Source: Comamonadaceae bacterium | GTDB lineage: Bacteria; Pseudomonadota; Gammaproteobacteria; Burkholderiales; Burkholderiaceae_C | Length of the DNA: 57,722 bases | Direction of reading: 5' to 3' | Assembly: GCA_947449895.1 (NCBI GenBank) | Contig: CANFSO010000001.1 | Span: 1-57,722, forward strand | In this document: positions 40,014 to 49,113 of the stretch, in pieces | How positions within the stretch are numbered: the stretch's first letter is position 1 | How the letters are laid out: each line of letters opens with the position of its first letter | The notes under the pieces: generated by a model | What the model saw: the letters and a program-made list of their open reading frames with translations, nothing else | Databases searched by the model: none | What the model was told of the DNA's origin: nothing | Made by a program: the position numbers and the translations under genes

Positions 40014-40991
40014 TTACAAGGTCACCACAATATTGCCGATGTCTTGTCCCGCCTCAACCGCTTCATGGGCCTGTGCAATGTCTGCCAGTGTAAAAGTCCT
40101 GCTGATGGTGTGCTGAAGTCGATTGAGCTGAAGCAGTTCGTCGAGTTGCTTCAGCGCGGCAATGCGGTCGGCGGCTTGCAGGTCATAGACTAAGAAAAAC
40201 TTCAACTCCAGAGAGTTCGACAGCATGGTCCTGAAGTTGATCGGCAGGTCGGTCGCCACATTGGAGCCGTAGCAAACCACCCGGCCATGCGGCGCGAGTC
40301 CACCGGCTGTCAGCAACGCCGAGGTGGTGGAGAAATCCATGTCGATGATGACGTCGACACCTTTGCCGTTGGTCAGTGCTTTCAGGCGCTCGGCCACCGC
40401 TTCGGTTTTGTAGTAAATCACATCGCGCACGCCAGCGGCTTGTGCGTGTTTGGCTTTTTCCGGGGAGCCGACAGTGCCAATCACATGCGCGCCAGCCAGC
40501 GACAACAGCTGCGAAACGTAGTGACCCACAGCCGATGAAGCCGCAACCACCAGCACTTTTTTACCGGCCACGTCGCCGCTCAGTCGAACCGCCTGAATCG
40601 CTGTCAAGGCTGGAATACCGAGGCAGGCGCCGGCTGCAAAATCAATGGCGTCGGGCAAGTGTGCCGCTTGCGCTGATGGCAGTACGACGAATTCACTGGC
40701 CGTCCCCATGGAGCGTTGCCATTGCCCGTTCCAGGTCCACACACGCTCACCGATTCGGCTGGCGGGAATCCCTTCACCGACTTGGTCGATGACACCGGCG
40801 CCATCGCTGTGCGGCACGATCCGTTCATCCGTCAGGGGCTTGGCGCGGCGTGATTTGACGTCTGAGGGGTTCACGCCGGATGTTGCCATGCGAATGCGCA
40901 CTTCGCCTGGACCGGGTGTCGGGTCAGGCATCTCACCCACGATCAGAACGTCTCGGGCTTCCCCATTTTTGCTGTACCAAGCTGCGCGCAT
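40014..40991 (-). CDS. NADPH:quinone reductase (zeta-crystallin/MDR family)
   Basis: GVNPSD.K, PHSDGAG, GIPALTA and AH..VE.G..IG; no zinc ligands. Confidence 0.88.
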   Translation of the reverse strand: MRAAWYSKNGEARDVLIVGEMPDPTPGPGEVRIRMATSGVNPSDVKSRRAKPLTDERIVPHSDGAGVIDQVGEGIPASRIGERVWTWNGQWQRSMGTASEFVVLPSAQAAHLPDAIDFAAGACLGIPALTAIQAVRLSGDVAGKKVLVVAASSAVGHYVSQLLSLAGAHVIGTVGSPEKAKHAQAAGVRDVIYYKTEAVAERLKALTNGKGVDVIIDMDFSTTSALLTAGGLAPHGRVVCYGSNVATDLPINFRTMLSNSLELKFFLVYDLQAADRIAALKQLDELLQLNRLQHTISRTFTLADIAQAHEAVEAGQDIGNIVVTL

Positions 40992-41001
40992 GAAAATCCT
41001 T

Positions 41002-42174
41002 TTATGGTTTTGGGTTGGCTCTCAAAGACGGCTCAAAAAGCAACCCGGAATGAATGTCGGCGACTGTACACGCACCGCTCAGTTGCATGGTACGCGTGAA
41101 CTCGTCGCGCAGTATCGCCAAGGCCCGATGTGCGCCTTCTTCGCCGGCGGCTACCGCGCCATACAGAGTGGAGCGACCCACCAGCACGCCAGCGGCGCCG
41201 AGGGCGATGGCTTTGAAAACGTCCGAGCCGCGACGCACGCCGCCGTCCAGCAATACAGGCATGCGGCCGCTGACGGCCTGCACAACAGCGGGCAGGCCGT
41301 CCAGTGTGGCGACCGCACCGTCGAGCTGGCGGCCCCCGTGGTTGGACACCACCAGCGCATCGCAACCCATGTCGGCCAGCCGACTCGCATCGTCGGGGCG
41401 CAAGATGCCTTTGACGATCAATTTGCGCGGCCATTGGTCACGGATTTTTTGCAAGCTGTCCCAGTTGAAAGCCGGGTCGTAGCTGCGGCCCACCGACGAC
41501 GCGATGGCGGTGGCGTTCTTGGCCTGCATGTCGAGCCCGATCATGTTTTCCATGACCGGCATGCCAAAGCGCAGGATGTCCGAGAGCCACCTTGGGTGGC
41601 ACGAAAAGTCCAAGAGGTTTTTTGCGGTGAAACGAAATGGCACCGAGAAGTGATTGCGGAAATCGCGCTCGCGCTTGCCGCCCACGGGCAAGTCGACCGT
41701 GATCATCAGCGCTTCATAGTCAGCCGCCAGCGCCCGGGCGATCAAGCCATCCAGAAAAGGTTTGTTGCGCAGGATGTAAGCCTGAAACCAGAGCCGCCCT
41801 GGCGCCGCCTTGGCGACTTGCTCAATTGACGCGGTGGCCGCACTCGACAGCGTGTACGGGATGTTGGCCGCAACTGCGGCGCGGGCGATGGCGATGTCAC
41901 CGCCGCGCCAGCCGAAGCCCACCGCGCCTGTCGGCGCAATCGCCAAGGGCATGGCAGCCGCTTGGCCCAGCAACTGAACGTCGGTCTTCACTTGAGACAC
42001 ATCGGTCAGCACTTTGGGCAGCAACCGAATCCGCCGGAAGGCGGCTTGGTTGTCGTCCAAGGTCAGCTCATCTTCAGCCCCACCGTCGAAAAAATCGAAG
42101 ATGGCTTGCGGCAGTCTGTGACGCGCTGCGCTGCGCAGGTCTTCAATTGAAAAGGCTTTGGATGCGGTGGACAC
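41002..42174 (-). CDS. FMN-dependent alpha-hydroxy acid oxidase/dehydrogenase
   Basis: APTG, WFQAY, TVD, RERD, VKG, SNHGGRQ and DGGVRRG.D; GTG start. Confidence 0.92.
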   Translation of the reverse strand: MSTASKAFSIEDLRSAARHRLPQAIFDFFDGGAEDELTLDDNQAAFRRIRLLPKVLTDVSQVKTDVQLLGQAAAMPLAIAPTGAVGFGWRGGDIAIARAAVAANIPYTLSSAATASIEQVAKAAPGRLWFQAYILRNKPFLDGLIARALAADYEALMITVDLPVGGKRERDFRNHFSVPFRFTAKNLLDFSCHPRWLSDILRFGMPVMENMIGLDMQAKNATAIASSVGRSYDPAFNWDSLQKIRDQWPRKLIVKGILRPDDASRLADMGCDALVVSNHGGRQLDGAVATLDGLPAVVQAVSGRMPVLLDGGVRRGSDVFKAIALGAAGVLVGRSTLYGAVAAGEEGAHRALAILRDEFTRTMQLSGACTVADIHSGLLFEPSLRANPKP

Positions 42175-42195
42175 AGTGACTCCGGCAGTGACGAC

Positions 42196-43179
42196 TTAGT
42201 TGGTTTCTGGCTTGATGTCGGCGGCCTTGATCACTGCGGCCCAACGCTCATGGTCGCGCTTCAGGAAGGCAGCGAATTCAGTCGGCGTGTCGCCGACGAT
42301 CACCGCGCCCAGTTTTTCAAGCTGCGCTCTGACGTCGGGTTTTGCCAAGGCTTTGGTCATGGCGTCATGCAATTTAGCGATGATGGCTGGTGATGTTTTA
42401 GCTGGTGCCAGCATACCGACCCATGGTGCAGTTTCTTCAAAGCCGGGAAAGCCGACTTCAGACATGGTTGGTACGTTCGGGAATTGGGGCAGGCGCTTCG
42501 CTGTGCCAACAGCCAAAATTTGCAGGCGTTTTGCCGCGACGTTTTCAGCAATGCCGATCACCGGGTAAAACATGTAGTCGACACGACCAGCCATGACTTC
42601 TAGCAGCGCTGGGCCATTGCCTTTGTAAGGCACGTGAAGCATTTTGGCCTTGGCTTGTGTCGCCAGTAATTCAGAGGCCAAGTGGCCTGAACCACCCGTA
42701 CCAGAGGAACCGAATGTCACAGCTTCCGCCTTGGTGCGGGCTTTTTTGAGCAAGTCAGCCATGCTTTTGATAGGGGCGTCGTACGCATTGACAGCGACCA
42801 GCGGCAAGTTGGCTGCATTTGAAATCGGTGCAAAATCTGTTTTTGGGTTGTAACCAGCTTTATCGCCAAGAAGGATGGGGTTGACGTTCATTCCTAATGA
42901 CGAAAACAGCAAGGTATACCCGTCGGCTGACGCATGGCTCACTTCTCGAGTGGCAATCATCGAACTGGCGCCAGCCTTGTTGTCGACGATGACGCTTTGC
43001 CCCAAAGTCACAGACATGTCTTGGGCCAACACGCGGGCGATGACGTCGGTGGGCCCGCCTGCTGCAAAGCCAACCACCAAACGCACGGGTTTAGATGGGT
43101 AAACATCGGCGGCAAAGGTGACGCCTGAAGCGACTGCCAGAGCGGCGGTCGCGACGAGTCTGAACAACGATTTTTTCAT
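42196..43179 (-). CDS. Bug/TctC substrate-binding protein
   Basis: Signal peptide, YP.KP...VVGFAAGGPTD..AR, DGYTL and HVPYKG. Confidence 0.92.
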   Translation of the reverse strand: MKKSLFRLVATAALAVASGVTFAADVYPSKPVRLVVGFAAGGPTDVIARVLAQDMSVTLGQSVIVDNKAGASSMIATREVSHASADGYTLLFSSLGMNVNPILLGDKAGYNPKTDFAPISNAANLPLVAVNAYDAPIKSMADLLKKARTKAEAVTFGSSGTGGSGHLASELLATQAKAKMLHVPYKGNGPALLEVMAGRVDYMFYPVIGIAENVAAKRLQILAVGTAKRLPQFPNVPTMSEVGFPGFEETAPWVGMLAPAKTSPAIIAKLHDAMTKALAKPDVRAQLEKLGAVIVGDTPTEFAAFLKRDHERWAAVIKAADIKPETN

Positions 43180-43235
43180 GATGTCTCTTTTATAGTGTTG
43201 TCGAAAAAGCCAGATGGTAAAGCTAACTTGCGGCC

Positions 43236-44162
43236 TCAGGCAATTCGGTGCGTCATCGAACCGACTTGGCTGACCTCTAGGCGCAGTTCATCGCCAGGCT
43301 GCAAATAAACTGGCGGTTGCCGAAATGCACCAATACCGGCGGGTGTTCCGGTGCCGATGATGTCGCCAGGTTCGAGCGTCATAAAACGCGACACATAGGC
43401 AATCAGCGTGGCCACCGGAAACAGCATGTCTGAGGTGTGGCCGTGCTGCATTTGTGTTCCGTTTAGCCAGCAAAAGACTTCCAGTTGTTGAGGGTCAGCA
43501 ATCTCGTCACGCGTCACCATCCACGGTCCCATGGGCGCAAAGCCGTCCATGCTTTTGGCAAACGTGGTCTGCGCTTGCGCGATGTCAAACTGAAATTCGC
43601 GGGCGCTCAAGTCGTTCAAAACCGTGTAGCCGGCCACCAGAGACAAGGCCTCTGATTCGGGCACGTCTTTGCCATAGCCGCCGATGACGACAGCCAGCTC
43701 AACTTCGAAGTCCATCTTGGCGACCGAGGCTGGTCGAGACACGGGAGCACCCGGCGCTGCGATAGACGATGACACCTTGAAAATGATGCGTGGATTCTCG
43801 AACGGCGCAACGCCGGTTTCTTTCGCGTGGTCAGCGTAATTGCGGCCAACGCCGATGATTTTTCCTGGCCGTGGCACAGGCGCATACAACTGCAGATTGT
43901 CGAGTTTTTCAAACTGAGTGTCGGGCTTGAGTAATGCTTCGCGGACATGTTCGGTCAGCGTTGAGATCGCCCCCTTACCCGACTGCAGCCAGAGCAGAAT
44001 GCCGCCTGCAGGCGCATCTACACCCGCTTTAGCATTCCGCTCTACAGCCTCGCTGGATGGCGACAGTCCTGCCGCCCATGCGCTGATGTCCAATACACCT
44101 TGCTCGACGACGACACCAGTCAGCACCGGACTGTTGTCTTTGCGGTAGCTGATAACTTTCAT
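43236..44162 (-). CDS. Fumarylacetoacetate hydrolase-family protein
   Basis: KIIGVGRNYADH, DFEVEL, NDLSAR..Q, KSMD.F.P.GP and TGTP.G.G. Confidence 0.92.
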   Translation of the reverse strand: MKVISYRKDNSPVLTGVVVEQGVLDISAWAAGLSPSSEAVERNAKAGVDAPAGGILLWLQSGKGAISTLTEHVREALLKPDTQFEKLDNLQLYAPVPRPGKIIGVGRNYADHAKETGVAPFENPRIIFKVSSSIAAPGAPVSRPASVAKMDFEVELAVVIGGYGKDVPESEALSLVAGYTVLNDLSAREFQFDIAQAQTTFAKSMDGFAPMGPWMVTRDEIADPQQLEVFCWLNGTQMQHGHTSDMLFPVATLIAYVSRFMTLEPGDIIGTGTPAGIGAFRQPPVYLQPGDELRLEVSQVGSMTHRIA

Positions 44163-45034
44163 GCTAAGGCTTTTTCAAAGTAACGGTTGGCCATGACTTG
44201 GCAGCGCTTGATGTAGCGGTGTTCATCCGGCCGGTAGTCGGGCACAGCGTTGTGCAGCGTGCCCATGTTGTCCCACATCAGCACGTCGCCGACGCTCCAA
44301 CGATGCCGATACTGGTATTTTTCCTGCAACTGGTGCTTGAACAAAAACGCCAGAATTTCGTCGCTTTCAGCTTGCGGTAGTTCGTTGATACGCATCGAAT
44401 AACCCGGGTTGGCGTAGAGCACTTTTTTGCCGGTGATCGGGTGGGTCATGAAGATTGGGTGTGACACCGGCGGTTTGGCCGCGCGCTGGGCATCGGTCAG
44501 GGGTGGGCGTTGACCTTTCTCTAAGCGCATTTTTTCCCAAAACTTCTCGAAGTTATGCGTGATGCTCATGCTGGCTAATTGGGTCTTGAGCGACTCTGGC
44601 AGCTCGTCGTAAGCGGCATGCATGTTGCAGAACTCGGTGTTGCCCAGCGGCTCGCCATGGCGGTGAGGAATCTCAAGCCCGTACAGCACATTGGTAAACG
44701 CAATCATCTTGCTGTACGACATGTCGGTGTGCCAGTCTTGTCCGGCATCGCTCAGGCCCAGTGGTTTCCCGTTTTCGACTTTGTTCGAGAGGATCATCAC
44801 CTCAGGCAGGCCGGCCTCTTGGTACATGTTGGCGACGTTGACTTCCAGTTCGCCAAAGCGCTCTGAAAATTGTTTTAGCTGCAGGCTTGTCAGCGTTTGT
44901 TGGGGGTAACTCAAGACGCCGTATTTACCAAGGGCTTGCTCCAGTTGAGCAAACTGCACATTTGTCAGCGGGACTGACAAATCAAGACCTTCGACGCGCG
45001 CGCCTAAAGTTTTTCCGCTTTCAATGATGTTCAT
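44159..45034 (-). CDS. TauD/TfdA-family Fe(II)/2-oxoglutarate dioxygenase
   Basis: LGA.V.G.DL, WHTD (HxD), G.T.F, HP...HP.TG, WDN..TLH and a distal Arg. Confidence 0.92.
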   Translation of the reverse strand: MNIIESGKTLGARVEGLDLSVPLTNVQFAQLEQALGKYGVLSYPQQTLTSLQLKQFSERFGELEVNVANMYQEAGLPEVMILSNKVENGKPLGLSDAGQDWHTDMSYSKMIAFTNVLYGLEIPHRHGEPLGNTEFCNMHAAYDELPESLKTQLASMSITHNFEKFWEKMRLEKGQRPPLTDAQRAAKPPVSHPIFMTHPITGKKVLYANPGYSMRINELPQAESDEILAFLFKHQLQEKYQYRHRWSVGDVLMWDNMGTLHNAVPDYRPDEHRYIKRCQVMANRYFEKALA

Positions 45035-45081
45035 GCGTGTTCTCCAATCAAGTGAGGGGGGATGGGTGACAGGGTGAAAAA

Positions 45082-46260
45082 TTACCAGGCGGCCAGCAAG
45101 ATGTCTTCAAGCTCGCTGGCGTCGTTGACGCTGCGTGGGTTGTAGGCCAGACCGCGTTCGTGCAATGTTTTTTCGGCTACGCCTGAGAGCTGTTCGCGCG
45201 GGATGCCGAGGTCGCGCAAGCGGTTTGGTGTACCAATGGTTTGCTGCAACTCGTGCAGCCAGTTGGCCAGTTGTTCGCCGGCATCTGCAGGTTTCCCGGG
45301 CAAGCCGAGTCGGGCGGCAGCAGGCGCCAGTTCACGCGCGGCAGCGGCTGCGTTAAAGCGCAGCGCATGCGGCAACACGGCAGAGTTGACGTCGCCATGC
45401 GCCACGCCGAAGGTGGCGCCCATCACATGGCAGAGCGCGTGATGTAGACAGCTGCGTGCACTTGCCAGCACCATGCCTGAGATATGCGCGGCGAGCAGCA
45501 AATTGGCGCGTGCGTTCACGTCTTGCGGCATGGCGGCAACTTGCCGCAGGGCTTGGTTAAATTTGACGATGCCATCCAGCGCGAGGATGGACGTGATGGG
45601 CGAGCCAGCCTTGGAGTAAAGGCCTTCAATGCAGTGCGCCAGACCATTCATACCGGTTGACAGCATGACTGATGCCGGTGTGGCGAGGTTCGCCACGGGG
45701 TCTAGAAAAATCACCCGGCTGGCCAGTTGTGCGTCCCAAAAAAGCAGCTTGATGCCTTCAGGTGTGCGGATGCCTAAAGAGGGCGTGGCCTCAGCGCCCG
45801 AGGCCGTCATCGCGATCGACAAAATCGGCAGCTTGGGCTTGACCAAGTCAGGCGTCAGCACCGTGGTCGGTGGCACGAAGCGTGAGGCATGTTGTGCCAG
45901 TGGCACGCCTTCCGCCAGCACCAAGGCAACAGCCTTGGCCGTGTCGGACACACTGCCGCCACCCACGGCCACCAGCGCGTCGGCACCATGTTCGCGTGCC
46001 AGCTGGGCCACGCGTTCAACAGTCGTCAGCGAGGAATGCGGCTCAATGTCTTGCACCGCCATAAAGGGCAGGTCACCCAAGGCGCTTATAACTTCGGCCC
46101 AGACCGGGCCCGCCGCCGTGCGCTGACCTGACAGCAGCAGCGGCCGCTTGCAGCCAAGGCGCGTCAACTCGCGACCAAGTTCAGCGACCGCGCCCGGCTT
46201 GGCAATCACCCTGGTGCGCAGGGCTTGATGAATGAAACTGGTGGCGCTGGTCGAGTTCAT
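45082..46260 (-). CDS. Fe-ADH superfamily, maleylacetate-reductase-like
   Basis: GGGS, DP, GMNGLAHCIE and LHHALCH..G....HG. Confidence 0.82.
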   Translation of the reverse strand: MNSTSATSFIHQALRTRVIAKPGAVAELGRELTRLGCKRPLLLSGQRTAAGPVWAEVISALGDLPFMAVQDIEPHSSLTTVERVAQLAREHGADALVAVGGGSVSDTAKAVALVLAEGVPLAQHASRFVPPTTVLTPDLVKPKLPILSIAMTASGAEATPSLGIRTPEGIKLLFWDAQLASRVIFLDPVANLATPASVMLSTGMNGLAHCIEGLYSKAGSPITSILALDGIVKFNQALRQVAAMPQDVNARANLLLAAHISGMVLASARSCLHHALCHVMGATFGVAHGDVNSAVLPHALRFNAAAAARELAPAAARLGLPGKPADAGEQLANWLHELQQTIGTPNRLRDLGIPREQLSGVAEKTLHERGLAYNPRSVNDASELEDILLAAW

Positions 46261-46715
46261 TGTTGGGCCGCTGCGGTAGGCGTACTGTCGGCCGTAAATT
46301 CAAATTCTGGGACAAGGTCTAGTTCAGCCACGCGCCAGCCGCCGTCTGTGACTTCCAGCTTGGCGTGGACTACGGACAAACGGAAAGGGCGACTGATGGT
46401 GACGGAGCCCAGTTTTTTAGTGCCGTCGTCGAAACGGTAAGCCGTCATGTAGGCCGTGAGCGTGGCCGATGCTGGTTCAGATGCAGATAAAAATGTGTTG
46501 CTGATGACGTGACGAATGCGCTGCGTGGTGGGGCGCTTTGACAGAGCGTTAAGAATTTGCGCATGACCGGCCAGCATCTCGCCTTGGCGCTTCCATGTGC
46601 CTTGCGGTGTGAACAGTGCGGCCAATTTTGGGTAATCCGCTTCATCCAAAAAATAGAACAGTTGGTGAATCAGTTGGGTGCTGGCGTTCAGAGTCGATTC
46701 TGGGGAAAGGCTCAA
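46257..46715 (-). CDS. NTF2-like / SnoaL-like protein
   Basis: F..LD..DY..L..LFT..G.W, RH.ISN and DGGWR; TTG start after a GGAG RBS (the ORF track extends it to 46802). Confidence 0.78.
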   Translation of the reverse strand: MSLSPESTLNASTQLIHQLFYFLDEADYPKLAALFTPQGTWKRQGEMLAGHAQILNALSKRPTTQRIRHVISNTFLSASEPASATLTAYMTAYRFDDGTKKLGSVTISRPFRLSVVHAKLEVTDGGWRVAELDLVPEFEFTADSTPTAAAQQ

Positions 46716-46821
46716 GGGGTGTCTCCGTCGTCTTTTTGGAATGAACCAGCGCCGCATGGGCCGGAGAATCCGTGATGTTATCGGTAAGCCATGCGCCACC
46801 ATAGTCCCAAATTGGAATAGT

Positions 46822-46844
46822 ATTGTTCACGAATTGGAAACAGT
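46822..46844. promoter_or_regulatory. Putative LysR operator
   Basis: ATTGTT-N11-AACAGT dyad between the divergent operon and the LysR gene, with a similar AATTGGAA-containing site just upstream. Confidence 0.5.
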
Positions 46845-46878
46845 GCTAACTGGCATTGGGCAACGAAAAGGAAGTCAT

Positions 46879-47832
46879 ATGGACCGGCTCAGAGCCATCG
46901 AAATCTTTACGGAAGTGGCCCGTGGACGCAGTTTTACCGCTGCGGCAGAACGGCTCGGCATGGCCAAGGGCAGCGTCACCAAGCAGGTCAAATGGTTGGA
47001 GGAAAGTCTGGGCGCGCAATTATTGACGCGCACCACCAAGAGCGTCAGCTTGACTGAGGCCGGCTTGTTTCTGCTGGAAGGCGGGCAAGAGTTGTTGCAC
47101 CGCTTTGATGAAGTTGAGTCTCGGGTTCGAGGCGCTGTCAGTGCACCCAAAGGCTTGATCCGTATCGGCACGCCGCCATCGTTTGGTGCGGCGCACTTGG
47201 TGCCTTTGATCACGGCGTTTTCGGACATGCACCCCGACATTAAATTCGCCATGCACCTCGACGATGGCCGGCTCGACATCGCTGGCGAGAGTCTGGATGT
47301 GTCGCTGCGCATTACCCCGACCCTGAAAGACACCAGTTTGGTCGCCCAGCGGCTGGGCAGCGTGCCTCAATTGTTGGTGGCGTCAGCCGCTTATCTGGCC
47401 GCCCGAGGGATTCCCACGACCGCGGACGATTTGCTGCTGCATGATTGTTTGGTCAATGCCTTGAAGTCGCCGACCAGCTACTGGGGCTTCACCGGACCCG
47501 AAGGAAAAACGTCGATCCGAGTGACAGGCCCCATGCGCGCCAATTTTGGCGAACCTTTGCGCCATGCTGCCTTGCTCGGTCTTGGTATTTCGATGCACCC
47601 CAATTACATGGTGGCGAAGGACATCCAAGAAAAGCGGCTCAGCATCGTCTTGCCGACCTATCGCCCCACCGGGCTGGACATCTATGCGGTCTATACCAGC
47701 CGTCGAAACATGCCGGGTCGGGTCCGGCTGTTTCTGGAGTTTCTCAGGGAGCGTTTTCACAAAACAGCGGAATGGCAGACTGATGTTGATCGCTCAAGGA
47801 AAAACAGGGCGGTAGTCGACCATGCGTCCTGA
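46879..47832 (+). CDS. LysR-family regulator (CrgA-like)
   Basis: MDRL..F..V...SFTAAA..L, LE..LG..LL.RTT.S.SLTEAG and AS..YL...G.P. Confidence 0.92.
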   Translation: MDRLRAIEIFTEVARGRSFTAAAERLGMAKGSVTKQVKWLEESLGAQLLTRTTKSVSLTEAGLFLLEGGQELLHRFDEVESRVRGAVSAPKGLIRIGTPPSFGAAHLVPLITAFSDMHPDIKFAMHLDDGRLDIAGESLDVSLRITPTLKDTSLVAQRLGSVPQLLVASAAYLAARGIPTTADDLLLHDCLVNALKSPTSYWGFTGPEGKTSIRVTGPMRANFGEPLRHAALLGLGISMHPNYMVAKDIQEKRLSIVLPTYRPTGLDIYAVYTSRRNMPGRVRLFLEFLRERFHKTAEWQTDVDRSRKNRAVVDHAS

Positions 47833-48011
47833 TGAAGGCATTGCAAGCTTGCTTGCGATGGGGCGGTTAAGAGTTTTCCATATTGTGTTTACCGTTGTTT
47901 GAATTTATATTTGGCGATTTTTCTTGTCGAGACCTGTATTTGCGCTCGAGAGAGACATCTCCACACTTGATATGAAAACGCGCCACCCCCTGTTAACTTG
48001 AAGAAAAACCA

Positions 48012-49103
48012 ATGACCATTCGTTCCGTGACCGCGATTCCTGTGAGTGTGCCTTTCGAAATTGGCGCACCCAAACCCATGTTGGCTGGCAAGCCACGACA
48101 AATGGACATGTTGCTGATTCGTGTCGAGACCGATCAAGGCGCTGTCGGCTGGGGTGAAGGTTTTGGATTCGCCGTCTGGCCATCTACCAAAGCGGCGATA
48201 GAGAGTTTGATCGAGCCTTTGGTCGTCGGACGTGAAGAGGCGGACATCGCTGGATTATTGGCTGAATTGGGTCGCAAGCTGCACCTGTTAGGGCGCACCG
48301 GACCGGTGGTTTACGCGCTCTCCGGATTTGAAATTGCTTTGTGGGATCTGGCTGGAAAAGCCGCCGGAAAATCCGTTGTCGATTTGTTGGGTGGCGCGCA
48401 GCGTGACGGTGTCCCAAGTTACGCCAGCTTGATGCGTTACACCGACCCAGAAGCCGTCGCTAGAAATGCGGCTGCAGCTGTGGCGCAAGGTTTCAAAGCC
48501 ATTAAATTACACGAAATCACCTTAGAGCCGATTCGGCGTGCCCGTGCTGCGATTGGTCCTGATATTCAATTGATGGTGGATGTCAATTGCGCCTGGAGCG
48601 TTGAGGAGTCCCTCGCCATGTGCCGAGAAATACGCGAGCTCGACATTCTCTGGTTGGAAGAACCGGTCTGGCCACCTGAAGACCATGGCGGTTTGTCGCG
48701 GGTTCGCCGCGAGGGGCACATCCCGACGGCAGCTGGCGAAAACGCCTTGGGCTACATGGATTTCAAGGGCATGTTCGCTGCCTGCGCGGTCGATTACGCA
48801 CAACCCAGCGTGACCAAAATCGGCGGAATTTCAGAGTTCATGCGCGTGGCCGCATTAGCGCGTGAAGCCGGCGTGACCTTGGCTCCGCACTCGCCTTACA
48901 TCGGCCCGGGTCTCGTGGCGACTGCGCATCTATTGGCCTCCATGAAGGAAGAAATAGTGCTGGAGTATTGCTACTGTGAAACTGAGGAAAACCCGTTGGG
49001 TGCGTCCGTCAAAGTTTCCCAAGCGATGTTCCCCGTGTCGAACGGCCCCGGTCTGGGCTGCGACCCTGACCTGAAACTGCTTGCCAAACACACGATTAAA
49101 TAA
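48012..49103 (+). CDS. Mandelate racemase/muconate lactonizing enzyme family protein (paralogue 1)
   Basis: G.GE, ALWDL.GK, KLH, DVN, EEP, GEN, QPS and PH; PGLG at the C-terminus. Confidence 0.9.
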   Translation: MTIRSVTAIPVSVPFEIGAPKPMLAGKPRQMDMLLIRVETDQGAVGWGEGFGFAVWPSTKAAIESLIEPLVVGREEADIAGLLAELGRKLHLLGRTGPVVYALSGFEIALWDLAGKAAGKSVVDLLGGAQRDGVPSYASLMRYTDPEAVARNAAAAVAQGFKAIKLHEITLEPIRRARAAIGPDIQLMVDVNCAWSVEESLAMCREIRELDILWLEEPVWPPEDHGGLSRVRREGHIPTAAGENALGYMDFKGMFAACAVDYAQPSVTKIGGISEFMRVAALAREAGVTLAPHSPYIGPGLVATAHLLASMKEEIVLEYCYCETEENPLGASVKVSQAMFPVSNGPGLGCDPDLKLLAKHTIK

Positions 49104-49113
49104 AGAGATTCTC

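Noticed and set aside
44159-45034. Naming the gene tauD or tfdA
   Set aside because: Family motifs only; there is no taurine ABC transporter or chlorocatechol pathway to fix the substrate.
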